DNA from: Escherichia coli
Lineage (GTDB): Bacteria; Pseudomonadota; Gammaproteobacteria; Enterobacterales; Enterobacteriaceae
Assembly: GCF_003334305.1 (NCBI RefSeq)
Contig: NZ_QOWS01000001.1
DNA length: 64,000 nt
Strand: one strand, 5' to 3'
Shown here in pieces: positions 11,140 to 21,328 of this stretch. Below the pieces are notes generated by a model. It did not search any database and was not told the DNA's origin. It was given only the letters and a program-made list of their open reading frames with translations. Every line of letters starts with the position of its first letter. The stretch's first letter is position 1. Position numbers and translations under genes: made by a program.

Positions 11140-11682
11140 ATGAAACGTTCAATTATTGCTGCCGCTGTCTTTTCTTCTTTTTTTATGAGCGCTGGAGTAT
11201 TTGCTGCAGACGTTGATACCGGAACATTAACTATTAAGGGGAATATTGCAGAATCTCCGTGTAAATTCGAAGCGGGTGGTGATTCAGTAAGTATTAATAT
11301 GCCGACTGTACCAACCACTGTCTTTGAAAGTAAAGCTAAATATTCTACCTATGATGATGCAGTCGGTGTAACCAGCAGCATGTTAAAAATTAGCTGCCCG
11401 AAAGAAGTTGCTGGTGTAAAACTCTCGTTGATTACCAACGATAAAATAACCGGTAACGATAAGGCGATAGCCAGTAGCAACGATACCGTGGGTTACTATC
11501 TCTATTTAGGTGATAACAGCGATGTCCTGGATGTTTCTGCACCTTTTAACATTGAGAGTTATAAAACAGCGGAAGGTCAATATGCTATTCCGTTTAAAGC
11601 AAAATACCTGAAACTGACAGATAACTCAGTGCAATCAGGTGATGTGTTATCTTCTCTGGTTATGCGTGTGGCGCAGGATTAA
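11140..11682 (+). CDS. yehD: Fimbrial major subunit (chaperone-usher pathway)
   Basis: 180 aa, signal peptide MKRSIIAAAVFSSFFMSAGVFA, fimbrial-subunit-like composition; first gene of a subunit-chaperone-usher-adhesin cluster. Confidence 0.8.
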   Translation: MKRSIIAAAVFSSFFMSAGVFAADVDTGTLTIKGNIAESPCKFEAGGDSVSINMPTVPTTVFESKAKYSTYDDAVGVTSSMLKISCPKEVAGVKLSLITNDKITGNDKAIASSNDTVGYYLYLGDNSDVLDVSAPFNIESYKTAEGQYAIPFKAKYLKLTDNSVQSGDVLSSLVMRVAQD

Positions 11683-11762
11683 TAAATAAAATTGCAAGTT
11701 TCTCCAGGTAATAAACATGGCCGCTATCCCCATGGCGGCTTTTTAATTTAAGAGGCATTAAG

Positions 11763-12437
11763 ATGAAAGGATTATTATCTTTACTCATTTTTTCTATGGT
11801 CCTTCCTGCACATGCCGGAATTGTTATCTACGGGACGCGCATTATTTACCCGGCAGAAAATAAAGAAGTTATGGTGCAGTTGATGAACCAGGGAAACCGT
11901 TCTTCGCTGCTGCAGGCGTGGATTGATGATGGCGATACGTCGTTACCACCAGAAAAAATTCAGGTTCCTTTCATGTTAACGCCACCAGTGGCAAAAATAG
12001 GGGCAAATTCCGGGCAGCAAGTAAAAATCAAAATTATGCCGAATAAACTGCCCACTAATAAAGAAAGCATTTTTTATCTGAATGTTCTGGATATTCCACC
12101 AAATAGTCCAGAACAAGAAGGTAAGAATGCACTGAAGTTTGCGATGCAAAACAGAATCAAATTGTTTTACCGCCCGGCGGGTATTGCTCCGGTAAATAAA
12201 GCGACCTTTAAAAAGTTACTGGTAAGTCGCAGTGGCAATGGATTGGTGATAAAAAATGACTCAGCTAATTGGGTGACGATTTCGGATGTCAAAGCTAATA
12301 ATGTCAAAGTCAATTATGAAACTATAATGATTGCCCCCTTAGAAAGTCAGAGTGTTAATGTCAAAAGTAATAATGCAAATAACTGGTATCTGACCATTAT
12401 CGATGACCACGGCAACTATATTAGTGACAAAATTTAA
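11763..12437 (+). CDS. yehC: Periplasmic fimbrial chaperone
   Basis: 224-aa ORF with signal peptide; chaperone-like sequence (YGTRIIYP, MPNKLPTNKESIFYLNV); start may lie upstream. Confidence 0.8.
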   Translation: MKGLLSLLIFSMVLPAHAGIVIYGTRIIYPAENKEVMVQLMNQGNRSSLLQAWIDDGDTSLPPEKIQVPFMLTPPVAKIGANSGQQVKIKIMPNKLPTNKESIFYLNVLDIPPNSPEQEGKNALKFAMQNRIKLFYRPAGIAPVNKATFKKLLVSRSGNGLVIKNDSANWVTISDVKANNVKVNYETIMIAPLESQSVNVKSNNANNWYLTIIDDHGNYISDKI

Positions 12438-12452
12438 TTGCAGGAGCTGCCT

Positions 12453-14933
12453 ATGTTGAGAATGACCCCACTTGCATCAGCAATCGTAGCGTTATTGCTC
12501 GGCATTGAAGCTTATGCAGCTGAAGAAACCTTTGATACCCATTTTATGATAGGTGGAATGAAAGACCAGCAGGTTGCAAATATTCGTCTTGATGATAATC
12601 AACCCTTACCGGGGCAGTATGACATCGATATTTATGTCAATAAGCAATGGCGCGGGAAATATGAGATTATTGTTAAAGACAACCCGCAAGAAACATGTTT
12701 ATCAATAGAAGTTATCAAGCGGTTAGGCATTAATAGCGATAACTTCGCCAGCGGTAAGCAATGTTTAACATTTGAGCAACTTGTTCAGGGTGGGAGCTAT
12801 ACCTGGGATATCGGGGTTTTTCGTCTCGATTTCAGTGTCCCGCAGGCCTGGGTGGAAGAACTGGAAAGTGGCTATGTTCCACCGGAAAACTGGGAGCGGG
12901 GTATTAATGCGTTTTATACCTCTTATTATGTGAGTCAGTATTACAGTGACTATAAAGCGTCGGGTAATAGTAAGAGTACATATGTACGTTTTAACAGCGG
13001 GTTAAATTTACTGGGGTGGCAACTGCATTCTGATGCCAGTTTCAGTAAAACAAATAACAATCCAGGGGTGTGGAAAAGCAATACCCTGTATCTGGAACGT
13101 GGATTTGCCCAACTTCTCGGCACGCTTCGCGTGGGTGATATGTACACATCAAGCGATATTTTTGATTCTGTTCGCTTCAGCGGTGTGCGGTTGTTTCGTG
13201 ATATGCAGATGTTGCCTAACTCGAAACAAAATTTTACGCCACGGGTGCAGGGGATTGCTCAGAGTAATGCGCTGGTAACTATTGAACAGAACGGTTTTGT
13301 GGTTTATCAGAAAGAGGTTCCTCCTGGCCCGTTCGCGATTACAGATTTGCAGTTGGCCGGTGGTGGAGCAGATCTTGATGTCAGCGTGAAAGAGGCGGAC
13401 GGCTCGGTAACCACCTATCTGGTGCCTTATGCAGCAGTGCCAAATATGCTGCAACCCGGCGTATCGAAATATGATTTTGCGGCGGGTCGTAGCCATATTG
13501 AAGGGGCGAGCAAACAAAGTGATTTTGTCCAGGCGGGTTATCAGTATGGTTTTAATAATTTATTGACGCTGTATGGTGGCTCGATGGTCGCGAATAATTA
13601 TTACGCGTTTACTTTGGGGACTGGCTGGAATACACGCATTGGTGCCATTTCCGTCGATGCCACGAAGTCGCATAGTAAACAAGACAACGGCGATGTGTTT
13701 GACGGGCAAAGTTATCAAATTGCCTACAACAAATTTGTGAGCCAAACGTCGACGCGTTTTGGTCTGGCGGCCTGGCGTTATTCATCGCGTGATTACCGGA
13801 CATTTAATGATCACGTTTGGGCAAACAATAAAGATAATTATCGCCGTGATGAAAACGATGTCTATGACATTGCCGATTATTACCAGAACGATTTTGGCCG
13901 TAAAAATAGCTTCTCTGCCAATATGAGCCAGTCATTGCCAGAAGGCTGGGGGTCTGTGTCCTTAAGTACGTTATGGCGAGATTACTGGGGGCGTAGCGGC
14001 AGCAGTAAGGATTATCAGTTGAGTTATTCCAATAACTGGCGGCGGATAAGCTATATCCTCGCGGCAAGCCAGGCGTATGACGAGAATCATCATGAAGAGA
14101 AACGTTTTAATATTTTTATATCGATTCCCTTTGATTGGGGTGATGACGTTACGACGCCTCGTCGGCAAATATATATGTCTAACTCAACGACGTTTGATGA
14201 TCAGGGGTTTGCCTCAAATAATACGGGATTATCAGGAACCGTTGGAAGCCGGGATCAGTTTAACTATGGGGTCAACCTGAGTTATCAGAATCAGGGAAAT
14301 GAAACGACAGCTGGGGCGAATTTGACCTGGAACGCGCCGGTTGCGACAGTGAATGGCAGTTATAGTCAGTCGAGTACTTATCGACAGGCTGGAGCCAGTG
14401 TTTCAGGGGGCATTGTCGCCTGGTCGGGGGGCGTTAATCTGGCGAACCGTCTTTCCGAAACGTTTGCTGTGATGAATGCGCCAGGAATTAAAGATGCTTA
14501 TGTCAATGGGCAAAAATATCGCACAACAAACCGTAATGGAGTGGTGGTATACGACGGAATGACACCTTATCGGGAAAATCACCTGATGCTGGATGTGTCG
14601 CAAAGCGATAGCGAAGCAGAATTACGTGGCAACCGGAAAATTGCCGCCCCTTATCGCGGCGCGGTTGTACTGGTTAATTTTGATACCGATCAGCGCAAGC
14701 CCTGGTTTATTAAAGCGTTAAGAGCGGATGGTCAACCATTAATGTTTGGTTATGAAGTCAATGATATCCATGGTCATAATATTGGCGTTGTCGGTCAGGG
14801 AAGCCAGTTATTTATTCGCACCAATGAAGTACCGCCATCGGTTAATGTGGCAATTGATAAGCAACAAGGACTTTCATGCACAATCACCTTCGGTAAAGAG
14901 ATTGATGAAAGTAGAAATTATATTTGCCAGTAA
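12453..14933 (+). CDS. yehB: Fimbrial outer-membrane usher
   Basis: About 826 aa from MLRMTPLASAIVALLLG after AGGAG; usher-like length and composition. Confidence 0.85.
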   Translation: MLRMTPLASAIVALLLGIEAYAAEETFDTHFMIGGMKDQQVANIRLDDNQPLPGQYDIDIYVNKQWRGKYEIIVKDNPQETCLSIEVIKRLGINSDNFASGKQCLTFEQLVQGGSYTWDIGVFRLDFSVPQAWVEELESGYVPPENWERGINAFYTSYYVSQYYSDYKASGNSKSTYVRFNSGLNLLGWQLHSDASFSKTNNNPGVWKSNTLYLERGFAQLLGTLRVGDMYTSSDIFDSVRFSGVRLFRDMQMLPNSKQNFTPRVQGIAQSNALVTIEQNGFVVYQKEVPPGPFAITDLQLAGGGADLDVSVKEADGSVTTYLVPYAAVPNMLQPGVSKYDFAAGRSHIEGASKQSDFVQAGYQYGFNNLLTLYGGSMVANNYYAFTLGTGWNTRIGAISVDATKSHSKQDNGDVFDGQSYQIAYNKFVSQTSTRFGLAAWRYSSRDYRTFNDHVWANNKDNYRRDENDVYDIADYYQNDFGRKNSFSANMSQSLPEGWGSVSLSTLWRDYWGRSGSSKDYQLSYSNNWRRISYILAASQAYDENHHEEKRFNIFISIPFDWGDDVTTPRRQIYMSNSTTFDDQGFASNNTGLSGTVGSRDQFNYGVNLSYQNQGNETTAGANLTWNAPVATVNGSYSQSSTYRQAGASVSGGIVAWSGGVNLANRLSETFAVMNAPGIKDAYVNGQKYRTTNRNGVVVYDGMTPYRENHLMLDVSQSDSEAELRGNRKIAAPYRGAVVLVNFDTDQRKPWFIKALRADGQPLMFGYEVNDIHGHNIGVVGQGSQLFIRTNEVPPSVNVAIDKQQGLSCTITFGKEIDESRNYICQ

Positions 14934-14948
14934 TAGTCAGGTGGTTCT

Positions 14949-15983
14949 ATGGAAATTCGCATAATGCTATTTATATTAATGATGATGGTTATGCCTGTGA
15001 GCTATGCGGCATGTTATAGTGAGTTATCTGTTCAGCACAACTTGGTTGTTCAGGGGGATTTTGCACTTACTCAAACACAAATGGCGACATATGAGCATAA
15101 TTTTAATGATTCGTCATGCGTAAGTACAAATACTATCACCCCTATGAGCCCGTCGGATATTATTGTTGGACTTTATAACGATACCATAAAATTAAATTTA
15201 CATTTTGAATGGACCAATAAAAACAACATCACGTTGTCAAATAATCAGACCAGTTTCACCAGTGGTTATTCAGTTACGGTGACACCTGCGGCCAGTAATG
15301 CAAAAGTGAATGTTTCTGCGGGGGGCGGCGGTTCAGTGATGATTAATGGTGTTGCGACATTATCCAGCGCTTCATCATCGACACGCGGGAGTGCCGCAGT
15401 ACAATTTCTACTGTGTTTATTAGGTGGCAAGTCATGGGATGCATGTGTAAATAGCTACAGAAATGCATTGGCACAAAATGCAGGTGTCTATTCCTTTAAT
15501 CTGACATTGTCATACAACCCGATAACCACAACCTGCAAACCGGATGATTTATTAATTACTTTAGACAGTATTCCCGTTTCACAATTACCAGCCACAGGTA
15601 ACAAAGCAACAATAAATAGTAAAAAAGAGGATATTATTCTGCGTTGTAAAAATTTATTAGGTCAACAAAATCAAACATCACGGAAAATGCAGGTGTATTT
15701 ATCAAGTTCTGACTTGTTAACCAACAGCAACACAATACTGAAAGGTGCGGAAGATAATGGCGTAGGATTTATTCTTGAAAGTAATGGTTCGCCAGTCACA
15801 CTTTTAAATATCACTAACAGCAGTAAAGGATATACAAATTTAAAGGAAGTTGCGGCGAAGTCAAAACTTACAGATACAACGGTTTCAATTCCGATAACTG
15901 CCAGTTACTACGTCTACGATACAAATAAAATTAAATCTGGCGCACTGGAGGCAACCGCATTAATCAACGTGAAATACGACTAA
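14949..15983 (+). CDS. yehA: Fimbrial tip adhesin-like subunit
   Basis: 344 aa with signal peptide; last gene of the fimbrial operon. Confidence 0.75.
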   Translation: MEIRIMLFILMMMVMPVSYAACYSELSVQHNLVVQGDFALTQTQMATYEHNFNDSSCVSTNTITPMSPSDIIVGLYNDTIKLNLHFEWTNKNNITLSNNQTSFTSGYSVTVTPAASNAKVNVSAGGGGSVMINGVATLSSASSSTRGSAAVQFLLCLLGGKSWDACVNSYRNALAQNAGVYSFNLTLSYNPITTTCKPDDLLITLDSIPVSQLPATGNKATINSKKEDIILRCKNLLGQQNQTSRKMQVYLSSSDLLTNSNTILKGAEDNGVGFILESNGSPVTLLNITNSSKGYTNLKEVAAKSKLTDTTVSIPITASYYVYDTNKIKSGALEATALINVKYD

Positions 15984-16039
15984 TAACAAGCAAGACGAGC
16001 AAGTGGCTAATAATAAAAAATAACAAGGTGTCTGCATTT

Positions 16040-16066
16040 CCCCCTCATGATGAGGGGGCTTTTTTT
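16040..16066. terminator. Bidirectional rho-independent terminator between yehA and rcnB
   Basis: CCCCCTCA-TGAGGGGG hairpin flanked by T-run; overlaps the rcnB stop codon. Confidence 0.7.
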
Positions 16067-16403
16067 AGCGATGATAAAAAATCTCACCGTCGTAGGCTTT
16101 AATGATTTTACCGTCGGTGTCGCTGATCAACACGTACGCGCCACCCATATAGGTCCAGTGCGTCCCGGCATCAGGCGCGGGCAGGTTACGTAACTGCCAC
16201 TGCTTAATGTTGTACTCATCGGTGCGGTACATCTCTGGGACGGTATCGCCTGGTTTGAAATGCTTAAAGTCAGCAATGAAACTGCTTAACTCATACTTAG
16301 AAATTCCCGAGGTATTGGTCGAACCCGCGGTGGCTGGTGCGGCCCAGGCGGCACTGGTAACCAGCAAAAGCGCACCCAGCAACATCTTATTTTTAATGGT
16401 CAT
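16065..16403 (-). CDS. rcnB: Periplasmic protein of the Ni/Co efflux locus
   Basis: 112 aa from MTIKNKMLLGALLLVTSAAWA (signal peptide) inside the 172-aa ORF; downstream of rcnA on the same strand. Confidence 0.8.
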   Translation of the reverse strand: MTIKNKMLLGALLLVTSAAWAAPATAGSTNTSGISKYELSSFIADFKHFKPGDTVPEMYRTDEYNIKQWQLRNLPAPDAGTHWTYMGGAYVLISDTDGKIIKAYDGEIFYHR

Positions 16404-16621
16404 AAACTCTCCACTTTGGGGATCTGTAATATCAGTCGCATATCTTTCCTGCCATACAATATAACTGACAAGCGATATTTTGTTAGTGATCCCATGATTT
16501 CGTAAAAAGTGTAAATGAAAGGATGCCCTAAAAGCATCCTTAGCGAGCAGAGAGTCAGCGGAAATAGCTGATTTAAGAATCATCCTGGGCTGAAGATAAC
16601 ATGCAAGCCTAAAGGATTGAG

Positions 16622-17446
16622 TTATCGCATTATGCCCATGAAGCCATGTACGCCCATATACACACCAACTAAGCCAATCAACAGACTGGAAAAATAGGGG
16701 GCGCGTTTAGCGAGAGTGTTAAATCCGCTCCAGCGTTTTGCGACCTGCTGAACGCTGATTGCTGCGCCAACGCCTACGGTGACCAGCGTTAACGCCAGGC
16801 CAATGCTGAAACTGACGACCAGTGTTGCGCCCAGTGTCAGGGCTTTCAACTGAATGCAAATCAACAGCACGGTAATTGCTGCCGGGCAGGGGATAAGGCC
16901 ACCGGTTAAGCCAAATAGCAAAATTTGCCAGTTGGTGACCTCTCTACCATCAAAGCGTCGTTTAATGTCATTGGCATGGGCTCGTGCATGGGCATCCTGA
17001 TACTCGCCATGTTCGTGATGGTGATGATGTCCATGGTCGTGGTGATCTTCGTGATCGTGGTGATGATGTTCATGATCATACTCGTGCATATTCTCCAGCC
17101 AGTTGCGTTCGCCGCGCCAGGTACGCCAGAACATCCAGAACGCGGTGCCAATAATGATCACTGCGGAAATCAGCTGGAGCCACGGTTCTGCTGATTGAGC
17201 AGTAAAGCGCTTGCTGATCACCATCCCGCCAAAGGCAATTAACCAGACCACTGCGGTATGCGAAATAGTTGCTGCCAGTCCGAGCATCACCGCTTGTTTA
17301 ATGGTGCCTTTGATGGCGATGATAAACGCCGCCATCATCGTTTTTGAGTGCCCTGGTTCCAGGCCATGAAGCGCACCAAGTAAGATGGCGCTGGGGATGA
17401 AGAACCAGGCGTTTCCTTGCTGAAGAAGAGTTGTAAATTCGGTCAT
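16622..17446 (-). CDS. rcnA: Nickel/cobalt efflux membrane protein with His-rich loop
   Basis: 274 aa; central loop HEYDHEHHHHDHEDHHDHGHHHHHEHGEY; multiple hydrophobic segments. Confidence 0.9.
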   Translation of the reverse strand: MTEFTTLLQQGNAWFFIPSAILLGALHGLEPGHSKTMMAAFIIAIKGTIKQAVMLGLAATISHTAVVWLIAFGGMVISKRFTAQSAEPWLQLISAVIIIGTAFWMFWRTWRGERNWLENMHEYDHEHHHHDHEDHHDHGHHHHHEHGEYQDAHARAHANDIKRRFDGREVTNWQILLFGLTGGLIPCPAAITVLLICIQLKALTLGATLVVSFSIGLALTLVTVGVGAAISVQQVAKRWSGFNTLAKRAPYFSSLLIGLVGVYMGVHGFMGIMR

Positions 17447-17483
17447 GATAATAATTCTTAGTATTAATTCGGCAATCTGATTC

Positions 17484-17518
17484 TACTCCCCCCCAGTACC
17501 TGATACTACCCCCCAGTA
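17484..17518. promoter_or_regulatory. Tandem RcnR operator sites in the rcnA-rcnR divergent region
   Basis: TACTCCCCCCCAGTA and TACTACCCCCCAGTA, both TACT-G/C tract-AGTA inverted repeats. Confidence 0.75.
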
Positions 17519-17566
17519 GATTAATAGTGCTATGATTTTTCATATTCTTGTTAACCAGGTGTTGCC

Positions 17567-17839
17567 ATGTCTCATACAATCCGTGATAAACAGAAACTGA
17601 AAGCGCGTGCCAGTAAGATTCAGGGCCAGGTCGTGGCGCTCAAGAAAATGCTCGACGAGCCGCACGAATGCGCTGCAGTTTTACAACAGATTGCTGCTAT
17701 CCGTGGCGCGGTAAACGGTCTGATGCGGGAAGTGATTAAAGGTCATCTGACGGAACACATCGTTCACCAGGGGGATGAGCTAAAACGTGAAGAAGATCTG
17801 GATGTCGTTCTGAAGGTGCTGGATTCATATATCAAATAA
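17567..17839 (+). CDS. rcnR: Ni/Co-responsive transcriptional repressor (CsoR/RcnR family)
   Basis: 90-aa ORF divergent from rcnA; sequence [53 protein letters not shown]. Confidence 0.9.
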
Positions 17840-17927
17840 TTTATTAACGCGATTGTAAAACTGCCGTTTTTCCTCGTTTACAACGCGTGCGCTGGACATT
17901 ACCATCCTCCTCTGCGATTTATCATCG

Positions 17928-18061
17928 CAACCAAACGACTCGGGGTGCCCTTCTGCGTGAAGGCTGAGAAATACCCGTATCACCTGATCTGGATAATGCC
18001 AGCGTAGGGAAGTCACGGACCACCAGGTCATTGCTTCTTCACGTTATGGCAGGAGCAAACT
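17928..18061 (+). promoter_or_regulatory. TPP (THI-box) riboswitch in the thiM 5' UTR
   Basis: Sequence CGGGGTGCCCTTCTGCGTGAAGGCTGAGAAATACCCGTATCACCTGATCTGGATAATGCCAGCGTAGGGAA matches the thiM aptamer; the downstream segment overlaps GGAGCAAACTATG (SD and start). Confidence 0.9.
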
Positions 18062-18850
18062 ATGCAAGTCGACCTGCTGAGTTCAGCGCAATCTGCGCAC
18101 GCGTTACACCTTTTTCACCAACATTCCCCTCTTGTGCACTGCATGACCAACGATGTGGTGCAAACCTTTACTGCCAATACCTTGCTGGCGCTCGGTGCAT
18201 CGCCAGCGATGGTTATCGAAACCGAAGAGGCCAGTCAGTTTGCGGCTATTGCCAGTGCGTTGCTGATTAACGTTGGCACGCTGACGCAGCTACGCGCACA
18301 GTCGATGTGTGCCGCCGTTGAGCAAGCAAAAAGCTCTCAAACACCCTGGACGCTTGATCCAGTAGCGGTTGGTGCACTCGATTATCGCCGCCGTTTTTGT
18401 CTGGAACTTCTGTCTCATAAGCCAACCGCCATACGTGGTAATGCTTCGGAAATCATGGCATTAGCTGGCATTGCTAATGGTGGACGGGGAGTGGATACCA
18501 CTGACGCCGCAGCTAACGCGATACCCGCTGCACAAACACTGGCACGGGAAACTGGCGCAATCGTCGTGGTCACTGGCGAGATGGATTATGTTACCGATGG
18601 ACATCGTATCATTGGTATTCACGGTGGCGATCCGTTAATGACCAAAGTGGTAGGAACTGGCTGTGCATTATCGGCGGTTGTCGCTGCCTGCTGTGCGTTA
18701 CCAGGCGATATGCTGGAAAATGTCGCATCTGCCTGTCACTGGATGAAACAAGCCGGAGAGCGCGCAGTCGCCAGAAGCGAGGGGCCAGGCAGTTTTGTTC
18801 CACATTTCCTTGATGCGCTCTGGCAATTGACGCAGGAGGTGCAGGCATGA
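18062..18850 (+). CDS. thiM: Hydroxyethylthiazole kinase
   Basis: 262 aa, [34 protein letters not shown]; directly follows the riboswitch. Confidence 0.92.
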   Translation: MQVDLLSSAQSAHALHLFHQHSPLVHCMTNDVVQTFTANTLLALGASPAMVIETEEASQFAAIASALLINVGTLTQLRAQSMCAAVEQAKSSQTPWTLDPVAVGALDYRRRFCLELLSHKPTAIRGNASEIMALAGIANGGRGVDTTDAAANAIPAAQTLARETGAIVVVTGEMDYVTDGHRIIGIHGGDPLMTKVVGTGCALSAVVAACCALPGDMLENVASACHWMKQAGERAVARSEGPGSFVPHFLDALWQLTQEVQA

Positions 18851-19647
18851 AACGAATTAACGCTCTGACGATTGCCGGTACTGATCCCAGTGGTGGTGCG
18901 GGGATTCAGGCCGATCTTAAAACCTTCTCGGCACTTGGCGCTTATGGTTGCTCAGTTATTACTGCACTGGTGGCGCAAAATACCCGTGGCGTACAGTCGG
19001 TGTATCGCATTGAGCCTGATTTTGTCGCCGCCCAGCTCGATTCGGTGTTCAGCGATGTGCGAATCGACACCACTAAAATCGGTATGTTGGCGGAAACCGA
19101 TATTGTTGAAGCGGTGGCAGAACGGTTGCAACGTTATCAGATCCAAAACGTGGTACTCGACACCGTTATGCTGGCAAAAAGCGGCGACCCGCTGCTTTCA
19201 CCTTCGGCGGTTGCTACACTGCGCAGTCGATTATTGCCACAGGTTTCATTAATAACGCCAAACTTGCCCGAAGCTGCCGCCTTGCTCGACGCGCCACACG
19301 CGCGCACCGAACAGGAAATGCTGGAACAAGGGCGATCGCTGTTGGCGATGGGCTGTGGCGCAGTGCTAATGAAAGGTGGTCATCTGGATGATGAGCAAAG
19401 CCCGGACTGGCTGTTTACCCGCGAGGGTGAACAACGGTTTACCGCACCGCGCATTATGACCAAAAACACCCACGGCACTGGTTGTACGCTCTCTGCGGCG
19501 TTGGCTGCACTACGCCCGCGCCATACAAACTGGGCTGACACCGTACAGGAGGCAAAAAGCTGGCTTTCATCAGCATTAGCCCAGGCCGACACGCTGGAAG
19601 TTGGTCACGGTATTGGTCCGGTTCACCACTTCCACGCCTGGTGGTGA
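18847..19647 (+). CDS. thiD: Hydroxymethylpyrimidine / phosphomethylpyrimidine kinase
   Basis: 266 aa, [34 protein letters not shown]; 4-bp overlap with thiM. Confidence 0.92.
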   Translation: MKRINALTIAGTDPSGGAGIQADLKTFSALGAYGCSVITALVAQNTRGVQSVYRIEPDFVAAQLDSVFSDVRIDTTKIGMLAETDIVEAVAERLQRYQIQNVVLDTVMLAKSGDPLLSPSAVATLRSRLLPQVSLITPNLPEAAALLDAPHARTEQEMLEQGRSLLAMGCGAVLMKGGHLDDEQSPDWLFTREGEQRFTAPRIMTKNTHGTGCTLSAALAALRPRHTNWADTVQEAKSWLSSALAQADTLEVGHGIGPVHHFHAWW

Positions 19648-19702
19648 GCACCGTACTATAGCTGCTTTGGTTATTGTCAGCCTTTGGCACTGACATTCAG
19701 GG

Positions 19703-20530
19703 ATGAAACCAATGCAGCTAAGAATTACCAGTCGAAAAAAACTCACCTCTCTATTATGCGCTCTTGGGCTAATTTCCATCGTTGCAATTTATCCGCGTCA
19801 GACGGTGAATTTTTTCTATTCGACAGCAGTTCAGATTACAGACTACATCCATTTCTACGGTTATCGCCCGGTTAAATCTTTCGCTATTCGCATTCCTGCC
19901 AGTTACACCATTCACGGAATAGATGTTTCTCGCTGGCAGGAGCGGATCGACTGGCAGCGGGTGGCAAAAATGCGCGACAACGGTATCCGCTTACAGTTTG
20001 CTTTTATTAAGGCGACGGAAGGCGAAAAGCTGGTGGACCCGTATTTTTCGCGTAACTGGCAACTAAGCCGCGAAAATGGCCTGCTGCGCGGGGCGTATCA
20101 TTATTTCTCCCCGTCGGTAGCAGCGCCGGTTCAGGCACGATTATTTCTGCAAACGGTGGATTTCTCACAAGGCGATTTCCCTGCGGTACTGGACGTAGAA
20201 GAACGGGGAAAATTATCGGCAAAAGAATTACGCAAACGAGTAAGTCAGTGGCTAAAAATGGTCGAAAAAAGTACGGGAAAAAAGCCGATTATTTACTCAG
20301 GAGCCGTTTTTTATCACACCAATCTGGCGGGCTATTTCAATGAATATCCGTGGTGGGTGGCTCACTATTATCAACGTCGTCCGGACAATGACGGCATGGC
20401 CTGGCGCTTCTGGCAGCATTCCGACCGTGGACAGGTAGATGGCATCAATGGTCCGGTGGATTTTAATGTATTTCATGGCACGGTGGAGGAGTTGCAGGCA
20501 TTCGTTGATGGGATTAAAGAAACGCCTTAA
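19703..20530 (+). CDS. yegX: Glycoside hydrolase family 25 (lysozyme-like) protein
   Basis: 275-aa ORF (possible start at 19712); GH25-like sequence HGIDVSRWQERIDWQRV. Confidence 0.8.
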   Translation: MKPMQLRITSRKKLTSLLCALGLISIVAIYPRQTVNFFYSTAVQITDYIHFYGYRPVKSFAIRIPASYTIHGIDVSRWQERIDWQRVAKMRDNGIRLQFAFIKATEGEKLVDPYFSRNWQLSRENGLLRGAYHYFSPSVAAPVQARLFLQTVDFSQGDFPAVLDVEERGKLSAKELRKRVSQWLKMVEKSTGKKPIIYSGAVFYHTNLAGYFNEYPWWVAHYYQRRPDNDGMAWRFWQHSDRGQVDGINGPVDFNVFHGTVEELQAFVDGIKETP

Positions 20531-20581
20531 ATAAGAAGCAGTGATATACTCCCACCAGACTCCCCGGCAGGAAAAAGACAA

Positions 20582-21328
20582 ATGGAACAAGCGCATACCC
20601 AGCTGATTGCCCAACTGAACGAGCGTATTTTAGCGGCGGATAACACGCCGCTTTATATTAAGTTTGCCGAAACGGTAAAAAATGCCGTGCGCAGCGGGGT
20701 GCTGGAGCATGGCAATATTTTGCCCGGTGAGCGTGATTTAAGTCAGTTAACCGGCGTTTCGCGCATTACGGTGCGCAAGGCGATGCAGGCGCTGGAAGAA
20801 GAGGGTGTGGTGACGCGTTCGCGCGGTTACGGCACGCAGATCAACAACATCTTCGAATACTCGTTGAAAGAAGCGCGAGGTTTTTCTCAGCAGGTGGTAT
20901 TGCGCGGGAAAAAGCCCGATACGCTATGGGTTAACAAGCGTGTCGTGAAATGTCCCGAAGAAGTCGCGCAGCAGCTGGCGGTCGAAGCAGGAAGTGATGT
21001 CTTTTTGCTTAAGCGTATTCGCTATGTCGATGAAGAAGCGGTATCGATTGAGGAATCGTGGGTTCCGGCGCATTTAATTCATGATGTTGATGCCATCGGG
21101 ATTTCACTTTATGACTATTTCCGCAGCCAGCACATTTACCCACAACGTACGCGTTCCCGCGTTAGCGCCCGGATGCCGGATGCCGAGTTTCAGTCACATA
21201 TTCAGTTAGATAGCAAAATACCGGTGCTGGTGATCAAGCAAGTGGCGCTTGACCAACAGCAACGGCCTATTGAGTACAGCATTAGCCACTGTCGCAGCGA
21301 TCTATACGTTTTTGTGTGCGAGGAGTAG
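20582..21328 (+). CDS. yegW: GntR-family transcriptional regulator
   Basis: 248 aa; N-terminal HTH LPGERDLSQLTGVSRITVRKAMQALEEEGVV typical of GntR/HutC. Confidence 0.85.
   Translation: MEQAHTQLIAQLNERILAADNTPLYIKFAETVKNAVRSGVLEHGNILPGERDLSQLTGVSRITVRKAMQALEEEGVVTRSRGYGTQINNIFEYSLKEARGFSQQVVLRGKKPDTLWVNKRVVKCPEEVAQQLAVEAGSDVFLLKRIRYVDEEAVSIEESWVPAHLIHDVDAIGISLYDYFRSQHIYPQRTRSRVSARMPDAEFQSHIQLDSKIPVLVIKQVALDQQQRPIEYSISHCRSDLYVFVCEE

Noticed and set aside
16906-17194. ORFs rich in Met/Ile/Val or Ile/Thr repeats on both strands
   Set aside because: Artefacts of the repetitive CAT/CAC/GAT poly-His coding stretch of rcnA.
17825-18031. 68-aa minus-strand ORF
   Set aside because: Overlaps the thiM TPP riboswitch on the opposite strand; the region is explained by the riboswitch.
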